Sequence record: PQ066597.1
Reading direction: 5' to 3' (one strand)
Length of the DNA: 64,000 bases
Of the stretch, positions 61,827 through 64,000 are shown piece after piece. The notes beneath the pieces are model-generated. The model was not told the origin of the DNA and did no database searches. It saw only the letters and a program-made list of their open reading frames with translations. Position 1 is the stretch's first letter. Each line of letters starts with the position of its first letter. Made by a program: the position numbers and the translations under genes.

Positions 61827-63830
61827 TTAATCATCCATCCACACCTTACGAAGGTCCGATTCGGTTCCAAAGAACATTTCTAACGCATCTGCTGCTTGTT
61901 CATCAACCCGAACAACCTCCATATAAGGATCTCGAATACATTTCTTGTAGTCAGCTCGGTCTAACTGACCCAGACCCTTAACGTGTTCATGCTTCCACCC
62001 AGAACCCTTGAACGTCTTGGAGTGAAATTCTACCGTATCATAACTCCAAACGGTTTCTTTCCCGTTTCGACTAATGAATTCCGGGGTACGGCATACCAAC
62101 AAACGACCTTGATCAATAAAGTGTTTCCAGTACTTATGGAACAACGAGATTATCAGGTTACTGATATGTCCTCGTCCATCAGGATCCGCATCCACCAAGA
62201 TAGCAACATAATCATAATTTGCCTTGGTGTTACGTCGAACCCCTTTTTGACCACGATATTTTAACATATCAGGCTGTAGAGTTTGTTCCCAATCCTTACC
62301 GGTTACAATACCACGAGTTTCAACCCATTTACCATTTACCAACATTTCATCATTTTCTGCAACAATGAAACCATCTTTATTTACAAAGAAATCTCCTGAT
62401 GGTAGCTCTTTTGTATCATCTAGAGTCATACCAAGAATTGAAATAATATTGGCAATCTCTTTGTTGGCAATTACCTTTACCTTTTCGCATTTATGAACAG
62501 ATAGAAGTTTACCCTTCAACGGGAATCCACCTTGAGTGTCGTGGTCGCGAGTTATACCCAGTGGGCCACTTGCAGAATCACCCTCGGTCAAGAACAGAGT
62601 GGTTTCAAACCCTTTCTTTCCATATTTGTTCGCTTGGATATGTTTTGGTACGTTGGCAGTTAAAGCCTTCTTTTGTGCTTTTGTCGCTAGTGCCTTTTCC
62701 ACCGCATCCCGTTTTGCAATTGCACTCTCTACAATTGGCATGATAACAGAATCGTTGGATATCATCTTTTTGGCTATGGACTTGATATCGATCCCGCAGT
62801 GATCCTTGATCTGACCGTTGGAATTACTCAACCGTTCTTTAGTTTGTCCGTCAAATTTGGCACCCTCAAAGCCACGAAGAGAAAGGAACAGCAAAGTGTT
62901 TTCCTTGATACGGGCTTTGTTAATCTCGACCTTAAACTTACGCTTGATCATGGGGGTCAATTCATCACATAGACTGTTTATCAGATATTCAACGTGGTTA
63001 CCACCCTGCTTAGTGTGAACCCCGTTAACATAACTCAGTTGACGGAATTCATCTGATGTACCGATAAAGAACGAACAATTCTCATTTTCAAAGATAACAG
63101 GATCCCCAAAGTCACTAGCAAATTTCTTGAACTTGGAATCTACTTTTTTCTTATTGAATGTGAATTTTACTTGTGGGAACAAAACAGAAAGGATTTCTAC
63201 CCGAGAACGGATAACATCAACTACATCAGGGGGCATACCGCCAAAGATGTTAAATTTATCAAGAAGATCTGGAATAAACTCAACAGTTGTACCCTGAGTA
63301 CCACCTTTTTTCTTGGTATAGGATTGGTGTTCTGCATTTTGTGTACAATAGATTGTGACCGTATTTTTCCCATCACAAGTTGTCGCACGGAACATTGTAG
63401 AGTATAGGTTGGTCAATACCGAACCAACACCATTTTTACCGATACCCTTACGATCAGCCGAGAAGTTACCACCGGAACGGGCTCGGGTGTAACAAGCTTG
63501 TGGATATGGGATGGTTTCGCCTTCCGGGGTCTTTACGTCATATTGTGGGATACCACGACCATTATCAGAAATGGATACCTGATTTGTCTGATCATCAACA
63601 ATAATATCAATTTTATTAGCAAATTTGAAATCAGTACGAATAGCTTCATCAACTGAGTTGTCGATAATTTCATCGATAATTTTAACCAAACCCGGAATGT
63701 ATTGCTTTTCTACAAAATTCCCATCAACCAACACTAAATGGGTTTCTTCCGAAAGCGACCCAACATACATATCACTATTGAGGAAAATATGTTCGTAATC
63801 ACTTAGGATTTTACCTTCTTGTTCTTTCAT
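61827..63830 (-). CDS. 39: DNA topoisomerase II large subunit, gp39+gp60 fused
   Basis: EIIDNSVDE, SDNGRGIP, GKNGVGS (GHKL); TEGDSA, PLKGK, VDADPDG (TOPRIM), KGLG. Confidence 0.96.
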   Translation of the reverse strand: MKEQEGKILSDYEHIFLNSDMYVGSLSEETHLVLVDGNFVEKQYIPGLVKIIDEIIDNSVDEAIRTDFKFANKIDIIVDDQTNQVSISDNGRGIPQYDVKTPEGETIPYPQACYTRARSGGNFSADRKGIGKNGVGSVLTNLYSTMFRATTCDGKNTVTIYCTQNAEHQSYTKKKGGTQGTTVEFIPDLLDKFNIFGGMPPDVVDVIRSRVEILSVLFPQVKFTFNKKKVDSKFKKFASDFGDPVIFENENCSFFIGTSDEFRQLSYVNGVHTKQGGNHVEYLINSLCDELTPMIKRKFKVEINKARIKENTLLFLSLRGFEGAKFDGQTKERLSNSNGQIKDHCGIDIKSIAKKMISNDSVIMPIVESAIAKRDAVEKALATKAQKKALTANVPKHIQANKYGKKGFETTLFLTEGDSASGPLGITRDHDTQGGFPLKGKLLSVHKCEKVKVIANKEIANIISILGMTLDDTKELPSGDFFVNKDGFIVAENDEMLVNGKWVETRGIVTGKDWEQTLQPDMLKYRGQKGVRRNTKANYDYVAILVDADPDGRGHISNLIISLFHKYWKHFIDQGRLLVCRTPEFISRNGKETVWSYDTVEFHSKTFKGSGWKHEHVKGLGQLDRADYKKCIRDPYMEVVRVDEQAADALEMFFGTESDLRKVWMDD

Positions 63831-63843
63831 TTATACCTCAATG

Positions 63844-63865
63844 ATAAAAGGGGACGAATCCCCTT
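63844..63865 (-). terminator. intrinsic terminator upstream of gene 39
   Basis: AAGGGGA/TCCCCTT stem then TTAT. Confidence 0.6.
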
Positions 63866-64000
63866 ATAAACCTTTTTCTATAGAATATAACGTATCTTTA
63901 CTGGTTGTGAATTTTATTTTCGTAGCCATGTAATGAATACGGTTTGAACCGATCTTAAGATAGTGTCGATGCCGCTCCATTGATGGGTGAACAAGGTCCG
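63864..64000 (-). CDS. partial CDS (3' end only)
   Basis: Open frame ...DLVHPSMERHRH...SIEKGL* ending at the terminator. Confidence 0.55.
   Translation of the reverse strand, partial: DLVHPSMERHRHYLKIGSNRIHYMATKIKFTTSKDTLYSIEKGL

Noticed and set aside
61827-63830. Gene-60-style translational bypass or intein
   Set aside because: Frame is continuous through DADPDG; the insertion is too short and lacks intein termini
1-64000. tRNA genes, rRNA, CRISPR arrays, transposases, integrases
   Set aside because: No T-loop/cloverleaf signature, no regularly spaced direct repeats and no such protein motifs seen by eye; tRNAscan and CRISPR finders would be the definitive check

Overview
A 64-kb segment of a large T4-related (Tevenvirinae/Straboviridae-like) lytic myophage genome, probably infecting a gammaproteobacterium. 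The host is inferred and cannot be read from the sequence. Essentially all genes are on the minus strand and densely packed. Recognisable T4-type core genes, in transcription order, are topoisomerase 39+60 (fused), rIIA, rIIB, vs.1, pseT, cd, 31, 30.9, 30.3-like NADAR, frd, td, denA, rnlA and e.6. They are interspersed with over 100 small accessory ORFs driven by about 17 sigma70-like early promoters. No tRNA, rRNA, CRISPR array, intron or transposase was found. The strongest leads are: (1) a translationally coupled NADAR -> R-S-E ADP-ribosyltransferase-like -> PRPP-synthetase-like cassette upstream of a NAMPT-like gene, which could form a closed ADP-ribosylation/NAD+ recycling loop extending the known NARP1 pathway; (2) an acyl-carrier-protein-like domain with Asp in place of the phosphopantetheine Ser, fused to rIIB; (3) a structured ~95-bp non-coding element present twice in inverted orientation 48 kb apart, with a 44-bp identical core, a TATAAATA box and a strand-swapped hairpin; (4) a circularly permuted gamma-type DNA amino-methyltransferase; (5) a nucleotidyltransferase preceded by two small proteins ending in W-x-x-S-S-x(0-2)-C; (6) late-promoter-linked ORFs with capsid-targeting-like N-termini. 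Family assignments come from motifs recognised by eye; no database search was run.
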